Shown here one piece after another: positions 10,626-19,696 of a stretch of 32,000 bases of DNA. This stretch comes from an archaeon GW2011_AR10 (GTDB lineage Archaea; Iainarchaeota; Iainarchaeia; Iainarchaeales; GW2011-AR10), in the NCBI GenBank assembly GCA_000830275.1, contig CP010424.1, positions 750,001 to 782,000 on the forward strand, written 5' to 3'. Each line of letters opens with the position of its first letter. Within the stretch, counting starts at the first letter, position 1. The position numbers and the translations under genes are program-made. The notes under the pieces were generated by a model. The model searched no databases and was not told the origin of the DNA. It was given only the letters and a program-made list of their open reading frames with translations.

Positions 10626-10671
10626 TATAGCAAACAGCTTATATTTTTGAACTTTTTATTGCTGTTTGCTA
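10626..10671. promoter_or_regulatory. Perfect 11-bp inverted repeat TAGCAAACAGC-N22-GCTGTTTGCTA upstream of the rbkR-ribC-ribH-ogg operon (candidate operator)
   Basis: Read directly: tagcaaacagc at 10628-10638 and gctgtttgcta at 10661-10671, with an AT-rich 22-nt spacer. It lies 10-95 nt (plus-strand coordinates) upstream of the two possible rbkR starts. The same 13-mer recurs at 5246-5258. Confidence 0.35.
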
Positions 10672-10764
10672 GATGCAAAACGCAGTTTCAATGTTCAATT
10701 ACTTAAGCGTTTTGCTATAAATTGTCTGCGTGGGGAAAGCAAACTCTATCTTGTTTCTCTCGAA

Positions 10765-11766
10765 CTAGCTTTTTATTTCTAGGTTGATGTCGTTCTGCAT
10801 TTTGAGTATTACTGCAAAATCCTTTGACTTAATATAGTATACTACGCGAATGTTCAGGCTGGAGTCCTTGAACTCGTTGAAACCAACCCTGATTGTTTTG
10901 TCTGTGTTTGGGTTCTGTTTTATTATGCTTTCAACAATTTGAATCGCCTGCTCTATTTTTTTGGAGGGCGTGCCATAAACAAGCCCCAAATTCATCTTGA
11001 TTCTTCTCGCTGGCTCGGTTGTCCAGTTCTTTATCACATCGTTTGAAACCTTTGAATTGGGTATGACATTTATCCTGCCGTCAAAATCCCTCACTTGAGT
11101 GTGCCTTAACCCAACTTGTTCAACAGTTCCGGTGATGCCTGCTGCCTCAATCGTATCCCCAATAAGAAACGGCTTTGAAACAAAGATGTTTAGGCCGCCA
11201 AAAATCTCTGCTATTGTCTGCTGTGCTGCAAACGCAACTGCAAGCCCTGCAATGCCCAAGCCTGCGAGGATTGCAAGTATGTCGTAGCCGAAGTTGTCGA
11301 GAATGATTATTATGGCTAGGATTACGATTGTTATCTTTGAAACTTTGCTGAGTATCGGCACCAGCTGGTCGTCAAGCTTTGACTCGGTTTTTTCGGTGAG
11401 CGGCACAACGAAGTGCTTTATTAAGCCGTCAACTATTCTTACCATAAACCATGCAATGTCAACCAGCACCAATGTGCCGATGATGTTGGCAAAGCTCTGG
11501 GAAAATCCGGCATCAACTGAGAGAAAGTTGAAGCCAATGAACAACCCAGCGATGAAGAACAGGAACTGTATTGGCACAAGAGCTGCTTCAATTACCATGT
11601 CGTCAAATTTGGTTTTGGTTTTCTCCGTCAGCTTTTTGCCGTACCTTGCAATCAAAAATGCCGCAATCTTTCCAGTTACAAGTGCAACTAGCAGTGAAAG
11701 GAAAAACAAGCCATACTGGTAGAGCGTAGAACCAAAAAAAGTTGCCGCAAAAATGTCTTCAGCCAC
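10765..11766 (-). CDS. Small-conductance mechanosensitive channel (MscS family)
   Basis: 333 aa. Several N-terminal hydrophobic helices are followed by the MscS pore/beta-domain pattern (...NIFVSKPFLIGDTIE..GITGTVEQVGLRHTQVRDFDGRINVIPNS...). GTG start. Confidence 0.85.
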   Translation of the reverse strand: MAEDIFAATFFGSTLYQYGLFFLSLLVALVTGKIAAFLIARYGKKLTEKTKTKFDDMVIEAALVPIQFLFFIAGLFIGFNFLSVDAGFSQSFANIIGTLVLVDIAWFMVRIVDGLIKHFVVPLTEKTESKLDDQLVPILSKVSKITIVILAIIIILDNFGYDILAILAGLGIAGLAVAFAAQQTIAEIFGGLNIFVSKPFLIGDTIEAAGITGTVEQVGLRHTQVRDFDGRINVIPNSKVSNDVIKNWTTEPARRIKMNLGLVYGTPSKKIEQAIQIVESIIKQNPNTDKTIRVGFNEFKDSSLNIRVVYYIKSKDFAVILKMQNDINLEIKS

Positions 11767-11824
11767 ATTAAATCATTTATTACTATTAAGGAAAAATTTT
11801 ATAAAAGAAATATAGTAGTCTAGT

Positions 11825-11856
11825 AATATAATAGTGGAACAATATAATAGTGGAAC
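11825..11856. repeat. Perfect tandem duplication of a 16-nt unit AATATAATAGTGGAAC (x2, with a partial third AATAGTG at 11857-11863)
   Basis: Read directly from the sequence. It lies 60-100 nt upstream of the mscS start on the opposite strand, in the 352-nt mscS/rpoH spacer. Confidence 0.9.
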
Positions 11857-11989
11857 AATAGTGTTGGCAGGGCAAAAGCGCCGGAACAACAATGGAATAA
11901 TTGGAGGCGAGTGAAGGGGCTGTGCGGGTTTGCACCGGCTTTTCGATTCCAGCCCAAAAAACGCCGTTAAGTGCAAGTTTTTTATTGTT

Positions 11990-12002
11990 TTCTATATAAG
12001 TA
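11990..12002 (+). promoter_or_regulatory. Candidate TATA box (TCTATATAAGTAT) for the rpoH-led RNA polymerase operon
   Basis: This is the only strong TATA-like element between the T-tract at 11976-11990 and the rpoH ATG at 12119. It would imply a leader of roughly 95 nt. There is no experimental support. Confidence 0.3.
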
Positions 12003-12118
12003 TACTAGTACTAGTTGGTGAGACCTGAGTGGGCACGATTTCTGCAAGTTTAATGTGTTACTTTGAAGCGCGCTAGCTAAAGCCAGCCTGCAGGCCACTA
12101 CTAAGAGAGGAAACCCCC

Positions 12119-12352
12119 ATGGCATTGGATAAGCTATCCAAGCACCTTTTGGTGCCAAAGCACGAGATTGTCCCTGAGGAGAAAGTAGGGGAAGTGCTGA
12201 AAGAATACGGCTTAAACCCTGAAAGGTTTCCACGGATTCTAAGGGATGATCCAACTGTAACAGAAATCGGCGCAAAAAAAGGAGACCTTATTAAAATCAC
12301 GCGGGATTCCATCACTGCAGGCAGATCAATCTACTTCAGGATGGTAAAGTAG
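12119..12352 (+). CDS. rpoH: DNA-directed RNA polymerase subunit H (Rpo5)
   Basis: 77 aa. HLLVPKHEIV..EE...L..Y......P.I...DP......AK.GD.IKI.R.S.TAG...Y.R.V is the classic RpoH/Rpb5 C-terminal domain, and the gene sits first in the rpoH-B-A operon. Confidence 0.92.
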   Translation: MALDKLSKHLLVPKHEIVPEEKVGEVLKEYGLNPERFPRILRDDPTVTEIGAKKGDLIKITRDSITAGRSIYFRMVK

Positions 12353-12360
12353 GTGAATTG

Positions 12361-13824
12361 ATGAGCGGATGGGATTTAATCAACGCATATTACAGCAACA
12401 GAAACTTTGCCCAAATGGAAATTGACTCATTCAACCAGTTCATTGACAAGAAGCTTGACGAAATTCTTTTAGAGAACCGCACAATTACGCCAAAAATCGA
12501 GGAAGTCAAGATTGAGCTTGACAAAATCGAGGTTTTGAAGCCGCGCATTGTTGAGGCTGATGGGTCGCCAAGAACAAACTTTCTTCCTATGGAAGCAAGA
12601 ACAAGAAACAGAACTTATTCTGGCCCGATTTTCCTTCAAATGAAGCTGCTTAGGAGGGATGTAGAGCAGGATCTTAGAAGAGCTTACATAGGCGAGTTGC
12701 CGATAATGCTGAAAAGCAACCGCTGTTGGCTTGAAGGAAAAACAGAGGAAGAGCTAATTGACTTAGGGGAAGACCCAAAAGACTTTGGAGGTTACTTCAT
12801 CATCAATGGTTCGGAGAAAGCACTCATGACACAGGAAGTGCTTGCCTCTGACCGCGTTCTTGTTTCAGAGCAGAGTCAGGAAAAAATTATCGCTGAAGTG
12901 ATTTCTACAAAGGGCGCGTTTAAGGGAAGAGTGCGCATCATCAGAAACCCTGATGGGGTGCTGAATGTTACGTTCCCGGCTTCCCCCAGAAAGCTTAAGC
13001 TGTTCGTTCTGCTTAAGGCGCTTGGCCTTGGCAAGAGCGATGACATAATTGAGGCTTTTGGAACCCGGCTTGAAGCGCAGAACGATGTGCTAATCAATCT
13101 TGAAACACTGCTTGTGAGGTCAGAGAAGGAAGCATTGGACAAGATAGGCAAGTATGTTGCGCCGGGCCAAGTGGAAGATTATAGGCTCAGGAGAGCGCAG
13201 GAAGTAATTGACGCGTTCCTGTTGCCGCATATTGGGCAGGAACCAAAGGACAGGCTGGCCAAAGCATATTATCTCATAATGATGGCAAACAAGGCGATTG
13301 AAAGAGCGCATAACCTCAGGCAGGAAGACGACAAGGACCACTACGCAAACAAGCGCCTTGAGCTAAGCGGAAAACTAATGGAGCACTTGTTTAGGTATGC
13401 CTTCAAGTACTTTGTCAAGGACTTGAAATTCCAGATTGACAGGACTGTTACAAGGAGGAGAAAGCTGAACATTTCTACAATTGTGAGGCCGGGAGCAGTA
13501 ACCGAGAGAATCAGGTTTGCGATGAGCACAGGCAACTGGATTGGGAGAGCAACCGGGGTAAGCAAGTTCATGGACCGCATAAACTACCTTTCTCCATTGA
13601 CTGACTTAAGAAAGGTAAAGAGCCCTCTTGACAAGAACCGCGAGCTCTATGAGGCAAGGGACGTCCATGGAACTCACTGGGGAAGGCTGTGCGCGATTGA
13701 AACTCCTGATGGACCCCAATGCGGTTTGGTGAAAAACCTCGCAATGATGGCTGAGGTAACCACTGAATCAGAGGAAGCGCCGGTTGAAAAAATGCTCAGG
13801 GACATGGGAGTGAAGCTTAAATGA
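12361..13824 (+). CDS. rpoB2: DNA-directed RNA polymerase subunit B'' (N-terminal half of split Rpo2)
   Basis: About 487 aa with N-terminal RpoB/Rpb2 lobe and protrusion motifs (FNQFI, YSGPIF, GGYFIINGSEK, ANKRLELSG, HGTHWGRLCAIETPDGPQCGLVKNLA). The ORF opens on TTG at 12358, with an ATG at 12361. Confidence 0.95.
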   Translation: MSGWDLINAYYSNRNFAQMEIDSFNQFIDKKLDEILLENRTITPKIEEVKIELDKIEVLKPRIVEADGSPRTNFLPMEARTRNRTYSGPIFLQMKLLRRDVEQDLRRAYIGELPIMLKSNRCWLEGKTEEELIDLGEDPKDFGGYFIINGSEKALMTQEVLASDRVLVSEQSQEKIIAEVISTKGAFKGRVRIIRNPDGVLNVTFPASPRKLKLFVLLKALGLGKSDDIIEAFGTRLEAQNDVLINLETLLVRSEKEALDKIGKYVAPGQVEDYRLRRAQEVIDAFLLPHIGQEPKDRLAKAYYLIMMANKAIERAHNLRQEDDKDHYANKRLELSGKLMEHLFRYAFKYFVKDLKFQIDRTVTRRRKLNISTIVRPGAVTERIRFAMSTGNWIGRATGVSKFMDRINYLSPLTDLRKVKSPLDKNRELYEARDVHGTHWGRLCAIETPDGPQCGLVKNLAMMAEVTTESEEAPVEKMLRDMGVKLK

Positions 13825-13915
13825 ACTTAAATATTTATGAGGGTTCGAATGAAATGAGAACCCTCGACGTATGCGCATGCCAACTGGGCGTGACAGCTGC
13901 GAGAGTGAAGCTTAA
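13808..13915. repeat. 13-nt direct repeat GAGTGAAGCTTAA (13808-13820 and 13903-13915) bracketing an 82-nt insert that contains an 8-bp hairpin (GAGGGTTC 13839-13846 / GAACCCTC 13858-13865)
   Basis: Read directly. Each repeat copy spans VKLK-stop codons, and the second copy is followed 5 nt later by the rpoB' ATG. Confidence 0.8.
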
Positions 13916-13924
13916 GTAGGCGAG

Positions 13925-15742
13925 ATGATGGTGGAGCAGGCAAAGATTTACATCAATGGAAGGCTGATAGGTTTTCATCCTAATGCAATGAAGCTCACGC
14001 AGGACCTCATTCAGAGGAGGCGCGACGGCAAGCTTGACCCGCAGATAAACATCGCATTCCACGAGGACACCAACGAAATCTATGTTAACACTGATGCTGG
14101 AAGGGTTCAGAGGCCGCTTATTGTTGTTGAAAACGGTAAACCAAAGCTAACTGAAGAGCAGGTTAAGCAGTTGAAGGAAGGGAAGATTTCTTGGAAGGAC
14201 TTGGTGCAAAAAGGGGTAATTGATTACTTGGATGCTGAGGAAGAAGAGAACACCTTAATTGCAATTGATGAAAAGCAGTTGAGCAAAGAGCACACTCATT
14301 TGGAAATTGACCCTGTTGCAATTTTTTCTGTGATTACTTCAATAATCCCTTACCTTGAGCACAACTTGGCAGGAAAGGCACTGCATGGAGCAAAGATGTT
14401 CAAGCAGGCCCAAGGCCTGAATGCAAGCAACTTCAATTTGAGAACTGACACTGAAAGCTATCTGTTACACTACTCTGAGCGATCCCTAGTTAAAACAAAA
14501 ACAATGGACCTTATTGAGCTGGAGAAAAGGCCGCAAATACAAAACTTTGTTGTTGCAATAATGCCTTTCTATGGATTCAACATTTTGGATGCAGTTGTTT
14601 TCAACAAGGGAGCAGTTGACAGGGGCCTTGGCAGAAGCTCTTATTTTAGGAGCTATGAAAGCGCTGAAAACCGGTATCCTGGTGGGCAGATTGACAAGTT
14701 TGAGATTCCAAGCGAGGAAACAGTGGGATATCTTGGAGAGGAAAGCTACAGAAGACTAGGGGAAGACGGCTTGGTTAGGGTAGAGGAGTGGGTTGGCGAA
14801 AAGGACACAATTATTGGGAGGACTTCTCCGCCGAGGTTCTTGGAGGAAATATCCGAGTTTGGGGTAATGAAGGAAAAGAGAAGGGAAGCTTCCATGGTTA
14901 TCAGGAAGGGAAAGAGCGGTTACGTTGACAAGGTTTTTGTTACTGAATCTGAAGCAGGGAACAAGCTTGTAAAGGTTAAGGTTAGAAGCCCAATGGTTCC
15001 TGACCTTGGCGACAAGTTTTCTTCAAGGCACGGGCAGAAGGGAGTCATTGGAATGATTGTTCCGGAGGAGGACATGCCTTTCACTGCTGATGGAATCAAG
15101 CCAGACCTGATTTTGAACCCTCACTCTATTCCTTCAAGAATGACTATTGGGCACTTGCTTGAAATGCTTGGCGGGAAGGCTGCAGCACTTAAAGGAAAGT
15201 TGGTGGATGGAACTCCTTTCAGCGGTGTAAAGAAAAGGGAACTTGAGGAAATGCTTGAAGAAGCAGGCATGAGGTGTGATGGGAAGGAAACATTTTATGA
15301 TGGAATGACCGGAAAAAGAATTGAAGGCGAAATTTTCATGGGAGTGGTTGCTTACAGGAGGCTGTTCCATATGTCAGCGCACAAGATTCAGGCAAGGGCA
15401 AGAGGGCCAGTGCAGATTCTCACAAGGCAGCCAACTGAGGGAAAAGAAAAAGAAGGCGGCCTTCGATTCGGGGAAATGGAGGGTGAAACACTTGTGGGGC
15501 ATGGAGCTGCAATGCTTTTGCAGGAGAAATTCATTGAGGATTCAGACAAATCAATTGAGCTTGTGTGCGAGAAGTGCGGTGTTATTGCAATCGACGACCA
15601 GATAAGGAAGAAAAAGTACTGCCAGATGTGTGAGGGCACAAAAATTTACGAGGTTGAAATGAGTTACGGGTTCAAGCTAATGCTTGAGGAACTCAAGGCC
15701 CTCGGAATTTATCCGAGGCTCAGGATTGGGGACAAGGTGTAG
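13925..15742 (+). CDS. rpoB1: DNA-directed RNA polymerase subunit B' (C-terminal half of split Rpo2)
   Basis: 605 aa with the catalytic-region motifs GDKFSSRHGQKGV, NPHSIPSRMTIG and RFGEMEGE, plus a C-terminal Zn ribbon (CEKCG...CQMCEG). Confidence 0.96.
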   Translation: MMVEQAKIYINGRLIGFHPNAMKLTQDLIQRRRDGKLDPQINIAFHEDTNEIYVNTDAGRVQRPLIVVENGKPKLTEEQVKQLKEGKISWKDLVQKGVIDYLDAEEEENTLIAIDEKQLSKEHTHLEIDPVAIFSVITSIIPYLEHNLAGKALHGAKMFKQAQGLNASNFNLRTDTESYLLHYSERSLVKTKTMDLIELEKRPQIQNFVVAIMPFYGFNILDAVVFNKGAVDRGLGRSSYFRSYESAENRYPGGQIDKFEIPSEETVGYLGEESYRRLGEDGLVRVEEWVGEKDTIIGRTSPPRFLEEISEFGVMKEKRREASMVIRKGKSGYVDKVFVTESEAGNKLVKVKVRSPMVPDLGDKFSSRHGQKGVIGMIVPEEDMPFTADGIKPDLILNPHSIPSRMTIGHLLEMLGGKAAALKGKLVDGTPFSGVKKRELEEMLEEAGMRCDGKETFYDGMTGKRIEGEIFMGVVAYRRLFHMSAHKIQARARGPVQILTRQPTEGKEKEGGLRFGEMEGETLVGHGAAMLLQEKFIEDSDKSIELVCEKCGVIAIDDQIRKKKYCQMCEGTKIYEVEMSYGFKLMLEELKALGIYPRLRIGDKV

Positions 15743-15745
15743 GTA

Positions 15746-18364
15746 ATGCTTAGGAAAAAACTGCTGGCAATCGAGTTCCGTGTTTTAGGCCCAAATGACA
15801 TTAGGAAAATGTCTGCGCTTGAAATAAAGAACCCTGAAACATACGATAAGGATGGTTTTCCAATGGAGTCAGGGCTAATGGACCCGCACCTTGGAGTCAT
15901 CAACCCGGGCTTGAGGTGCAAGACGTGCGGCCAGAGAATGAAGAACTGCCCGGGGCACTTCGGGCACTTGGAACTGATAAGGCCAGTTGTGCACTCGGAG
16001 TTTTCAAAGAAGCTTGAGATGTTAATGCATGCAACTTGCATGGCTTGCGGCAGGATTGCTTTACCGGAAGAGAAAATAAGCGAGCTGAGGGCATACATTG
16101 GGCAGGAAGACATTGACATTGAAAAAAAAATTGTCTCTAAAACAAAGAAGGTTAAGAAGTGCCCTCACTGTGGTGCTGAAAGGGGCACTATTTTGCTTGA
16201 CAAGCCTACAAACTTTTTCCTTGAAAAGGAAAGAATTTACCCAACGCAGATAAGGGAGTGGGTGGAGAAGATTCCTAACTCTGACCTGCTGTTTTTTGGC
16301 TACGATCAAAACAGGCTTAGGCCAGAGTGGTTTGTTTTGACTGTTATGCAGGTTCCGCCGATTACAATAAGGCCTTCGATTACGCTTGAAACCGGAATCA
16401 AGAGCGAGGACGACTTAACGCATAAGCTTGTTGACATCATTAGGATTAACCTTAGGCTTAAGGACAACATTGAGGCAGGCGCGCCTCAACTGATTATCGA
16501 GGATTTGTGGGATTTATTGCAATACCATGCCACTACTTACTTTAACAACAATACTGCTGGGGTTCCTTCCGCAAAGCACAGGAATGGACGAGCCCTGCGC
16601 ACTATTGTGCAGAGGCTGCAGGGGAAAAAAGGAAGGTTCAGGTACAACCTTACTGGAAAGAGAGTTAATTTTGCTGCACGCTCAATTATAACGCCTGACT
16701 CTAACATTTCAATCAACGAAGTAGGTGTGCCAGAGCAGGTTGCTGAAACCCTTACCGTGCCAGAATTTGTCACGGAATTCAACTTGAAGGATATTACTCA
16801 GTTAATCAAGGATGGAAAGGCAGCTTATGTTTTCAGGCCGAACGGCATGAGGAAGAAGATAACTGATGAGAACAAGGAGGACCTCCTTAAGGAGCTTGGG
16901 CCTGGCTTCAGGGTTGAAAGGGCCCTGCAGAACGGCGACATTGTTTTGTTCAACAGGCAGCCATCGCTTCACAGGCTATCAATGCTTGCCCACAGGGTAA
17001 AGATTTTGCCGGGAAAAACTTTCAGGCTTAACCCTGTTGTCTGCAAGCCTTACAACGCTGACTTTGATGGAGATGAAATGAACCTGCATGTCCCTCAAAC
17101 GCCGGAGGGAATAGCTGAAGCCAGAGAACTGATGTTAGTGGAAAAGCAAGTAATCAGTCCAAGGCACGGCGGCCCGGTCATAATCCTTGATGAGGATGGA
17201 GTGAGCGGGGCATTCATTTTGACGCTGAAAACCACGAAGTTTCCGCGTGAGACTGCAATGCGTTACTTTCACATTATTGGCATTGAGGAAATACCAAAGC
17301 CGGATGTAGGCAAAGACCATTATTCTGGGAGGCTGATTTTTTCGCAGCTGCTGCCGAAGGACTTGAACTTGGAGTATAAGACAAGGGCTTATACGTTGCT
17401 TGAGAAGATTAACCCAAGCGACAAGGATTTGAGGAAGAAAATAGAGGACTATGCTGTTGTGAAAATCAAGGATGGCCAGCTTGTTTCAGGAGTTATTGAT
17501 GATAAAAGCCTGGGGGAAGTTAAGGGAACACTTGTAAAGGTACTTGCAAGGGAGTATGGGCCTGAGGCCATAACAAACTTTTACGATAAGCTGTGCAGGA
17601 TTGCAGAGGATGTTGTGAGTGTTCTTGGAATGACTGTTTCTTTGGACGAGTATGAGACAAGTGACGCTGTTGGGAGAGTGCGGGAGAAAGCGGTTAAGGA
17701 AGAAATTGATGAGGCAGAGGAACTCATAAAGCAGTTCAGGAAAGGCACATTAGAGCACATTCCTGGAAGGACTCTTGAGGAAAGCTTTGAATTGAATATG
17801 ATGAGGCTTGGAGCAAGAATCAAGGACAAGGTTGAGAAGCAGATAATGCAGGAAAAGGTTGGCGAGATTTTTGGGGAAACTCCAAGGTATAATACAACTG
17901 CAATGATTTTGAGCGGCTCTAGGGGCTCATCTATGAACTTGACTAATATTTCTGGGCTTTGGGGACAGGCAAGCGTAAGAGAGGGAAGGCCAAGGAAAGG
18001 ATTCAAGGACAGGCTTATCGCAGTCAACAAAAAGAAGGATGTTGGAGTAATTGCAGGCGGCTTCATTGAGCACAACTTTATGCAGGGAATGAATGCGCTT
18101 GAGTACTTTTACCATGCAATGGGTGGAAGGCAGGGAGAAGTTGACACCGGTGTTTCAACTAAGGTGTCAGGTTACCTTTACAGAAGGCTTGCGAACTCTT
18201 TGAAGGACTTGGTTGTAAACAATGATTCAACTGTTAGAACTGCAAGCAAGGACATAATCCAGTTTATCTACGGTGAAGACGGAGTGTTCCCTGATAAGGT
18301 TTCTAACGGGAAAACCCTTGATGTTGCAAGGGAAGTGGCCAAACTGAAGGCTAGCAGGAAATGA
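15746..18364 (+). CDS. rpoA1: DNA-directed RNA polymerase subunit A' (Rpo1N)
   Basis: 872 aa. It has the N-terminal Zn motifs ([17 protein letters not shown]), the catalytic [10 protein letters not shown] motif and [10 protein letters not shown]. Confidence 0.97.
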   Translation: MLRKKLLAIEFRVLGPNDIRKMSALEIKNPETYDKDGFPMESGLMDPHLGVINPGLRCKTCGQRMKNCPGHFGHLELIRPVVHSEFSKKLEMLMHATCMACGRIALPEEKISELRAYIGQEDIDIEKKIVSKTKKVKKCPHCGAERGTILLDKPTNFFLEKERIYPTQIREWVEKIPNSDLLFFGYDQNRLRPEWFVLTVMQVPPITIRPSITLETGIKSEDDLTHKLVDIIRINLRLKDNIEAGAPQLIIEDLWDLLQYHATTYFNNNTAGVPSAKHRNGRALRTIVQRLQGKKGRFRYNLTGKRVNFAARSIITPDSNISINEVGVPEQVAETLTVPEFVTEFNLKDITQLIKDGKAAYVFRPNGMRKKITDENKEDLLKELGPGFRVERALQNGDIVLFNRQPSLHRLSMLAHRVKILPGKTFRLNPVVCKPYNADFDGDEMNLHVPQTPEGIAEARELMLVEKQVISPRHGGPVIILDEDGVSGAFILTLKTTKFPRETAMRYFHIIGIEEIPKPDVGKDHYSGRLIFSQLLPKDLNLEYKTRAYTLLEKINPSDKDLRKKIEDYAVVKIKDGQLVSGVIDDKSLGEVKGTLVKVLAREYGPEAITNFYDKLCRIAEDVVSVLGMTVSLDEYETSDAVGRVREKAVKEEIDEAEELIKQFRKGTLEHIPGRTLEESFELNMMRLGARIKDKVEKQIMQEKVGEIFGETPRYNTTAMILSGSRGSSMNLTNISGLWGQASVREGRPRKGFKDRLIAVNKKKDVGVIAGGFIEHNFMQGMNALEYFYHAMGGRQGEVDTGVSTKVSGYLYRRLANSLKDLVVNNDSTVRTASKDIIQFIYGEDGVFPDKVSNGKTLDVAREVAKLKASRK

Positions 18365-19686
18365 AAAAAGCAGAAAAGATGAAAGAAAAAAAAAGAGTGA
18401 AAGGAAAGATGACAAAAAACCCGAAAAAAACAGCCGGCAAGCCAGCAAAGAAAGCAAAACCAGAGAAAAGAAAGCCTGCAGTTAAGTCAGCGGAAGAGAG
18501 AAAAGGGAAAAAGGCCAAGGCACTGGCAGAGGTTCAGGAGCCAGAAAGAGTGTTTGTAAAAGGTGATGTCATTGAGAGGTTTGACCTTCCTTTGCTGGTG
18601 AAGGAACATGTTGAGACCCTGGTAAAAGAGCATAGCTTGTCAAAGAAAGAGGAGGAGGAGCTGCTGAAAAAACTCAGAAGCACTTATGCTCTCCTGAAAG
18701 TTGAATCGGGAGAAGCAGTTGGAATTGTTACAGCTCAAAGTTTGGGTGAGCCGGGAACACAGCTTACGCTGAGAACAAAACACTATGCTGGAGCAGCAGA
18801 GGTTTCGGTTGGAAGTGGAATACAGAGAGTGGAGGAAATTGTGGATGGACGAAGCAAGGCGCGTTATCCAACTATGACTATTTACATTGAGGATGAAAAT
18901 CTAAAAAAGGATTTTGACAAGTGCGATGCTTTTGCAAAGTCACTCATTGATGTTAGGCTGCTTGACGTTGTTAGTGTAAGGGAGGAATTAGGAAAGGGAA
19001 AGGTCTCAATTGAGATGCTGAAGGAAGAGGCAAGGGAAAGGAACATAAAGCTTGATGACTTGGCCGAAAAAATCGAGAAACAGCTGAAAGCGAAGGGAAA
19101 GAGAAAGGAGAACGTGCTTGAGTTCAACTTCAAGAACGAGTCATTCCTTAAAATCAGGAGAAACATTAACAAAATGCTGAATACAAGAATTCAGGGCATT
19201 AGAGGGATAGAGAAAACAATTGTCTCAAAGGATGGAAACGAGTACGTGGTTAGGACACGTGGAACTAACCTTAAGGCAGTTATTAAGCTGCCTGAAATTG
19301 ATGGGACACGCACAACCACCAATGACATTAATGAGATAAGCAAGGTTTTGGGCATTGAAGCGGGAAGGATTTCTATTGTGAGAGAGCTTTCGCGGGTTCT
19401 CAAAGAGAACAATATTGCAATTGATGTCAGGCACATAATGCTGTTAGCTGACCTAATGACGTTTGACGGAAGCATTCGAGGCATTGTCAGGACAGGCATT
19501 ACAAGGGAAAAGAGTTCGCCTTTTGCGAGAGCTGCATTTGAAGAAACTGTAAAGCATTTGCTTGATGCTGCATTTGCTGGTCAGCTGGAAACACTTGACG
19601 GGGTTGTTGAAAACATTATTGTAGGACAGCCCATTAAAGTTGGAACCGGTTTAGTCAACCTTGTGATGAAGTCTGGGAAGAAGTGA
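18361..19686 (+). CDS. rpoA2: DNA-directed RNA polymerase subunit A'' (Rpo1C) with a ~60-aa lysine-rich N-terminal extension
   Basis: Trigger-loop region [28 protein letters not shown]. The start overlaps the rpoA' stop in ATGA. At 441 aa it is about 50-60 aa longer than typical A''. Confidence 0.92.
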   Translation: MKKAEKMKEKKRVKGKMTKNPKKTAGKPAKKAKPEKRKPAVKSAEERKGKKAKALAEVQEPERVFVKGDVIERFDLPLLVKEHVETLVKEHSLSKKEEEELLKKLRSTYALLKVESGEAVGIVTAQSLGEPGTQLTLRTKHYAGAAEVSVGSGIQRVEEIVDGRSKARYPTMTIYIEDENLKKDFDKCDAFAKSLIDVRLLDVVSVREELGKGKVSIEMLKEEARERNIKLDDLAEKIEKQLKAKGKRKENVLEFNFKNESFLKIRRNINKMLNTRIQGIRGIEKTIVSKDGNEYVVRTRGTNLKAVIKLPEIDGTRTTTNDINEISKVLGIEAGRISIVRELSRVLKENNIAIDVRHIMLLADLMTFDGSIRGIVRTGITREKSSPFARAAFEETVKHLLDAAFAGQLETLDGVVENIIVGQPIKVGTGLVNLVMKSGKK

Positions 19687-19696
19687 GCGTGGTCAA

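Noticed and set aside
11900-11960. Possible tRNA or split tRNA (TTCGATT T-loop-like heptamer at 11942-11948; also GGTTCGAAT at 13842-13850)
   Set aside because: I tried both strands. There is no 5-bp T-stem flanking the heptamer, no D-arm/anticodon-arm arrangement and no 7-bp acceptor pairing at tRNA spacing. At 13842 the hairpin loop is 11 nt, not 7. The resemblance is treated as incidental.
11982-12315. Two minus-strand ORFs (97 and 80 aa) overlapping rpoH and its leader
   Set aside because: They are antisense to the clearly conserved RpoH coding sequence. Their composition is not protein-like (Leu/Ser/Pro/Arg-rich), and they have no start context.
13821-13902. Possibility that the B''/B' spacer allows read-through or frameshift fusion of the two rpoB halves
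   Set aside because: Following the B'' frame past TGA gives further stops almost immediately (TAA at 13828-13830, TGA further on). The other frames also contain stops, so there is no plausible recoding path.
13835-14062. Minus-strand 75-aa ORF spanning the rpoB''/B' spacer and the 5' end of rpoB'
   Set aside because: It overlaps 138 nt of the highly conserved rpoB' start in antisense and has no motifs. The spacer is better explained by the direct-repeat/hairpin structure.
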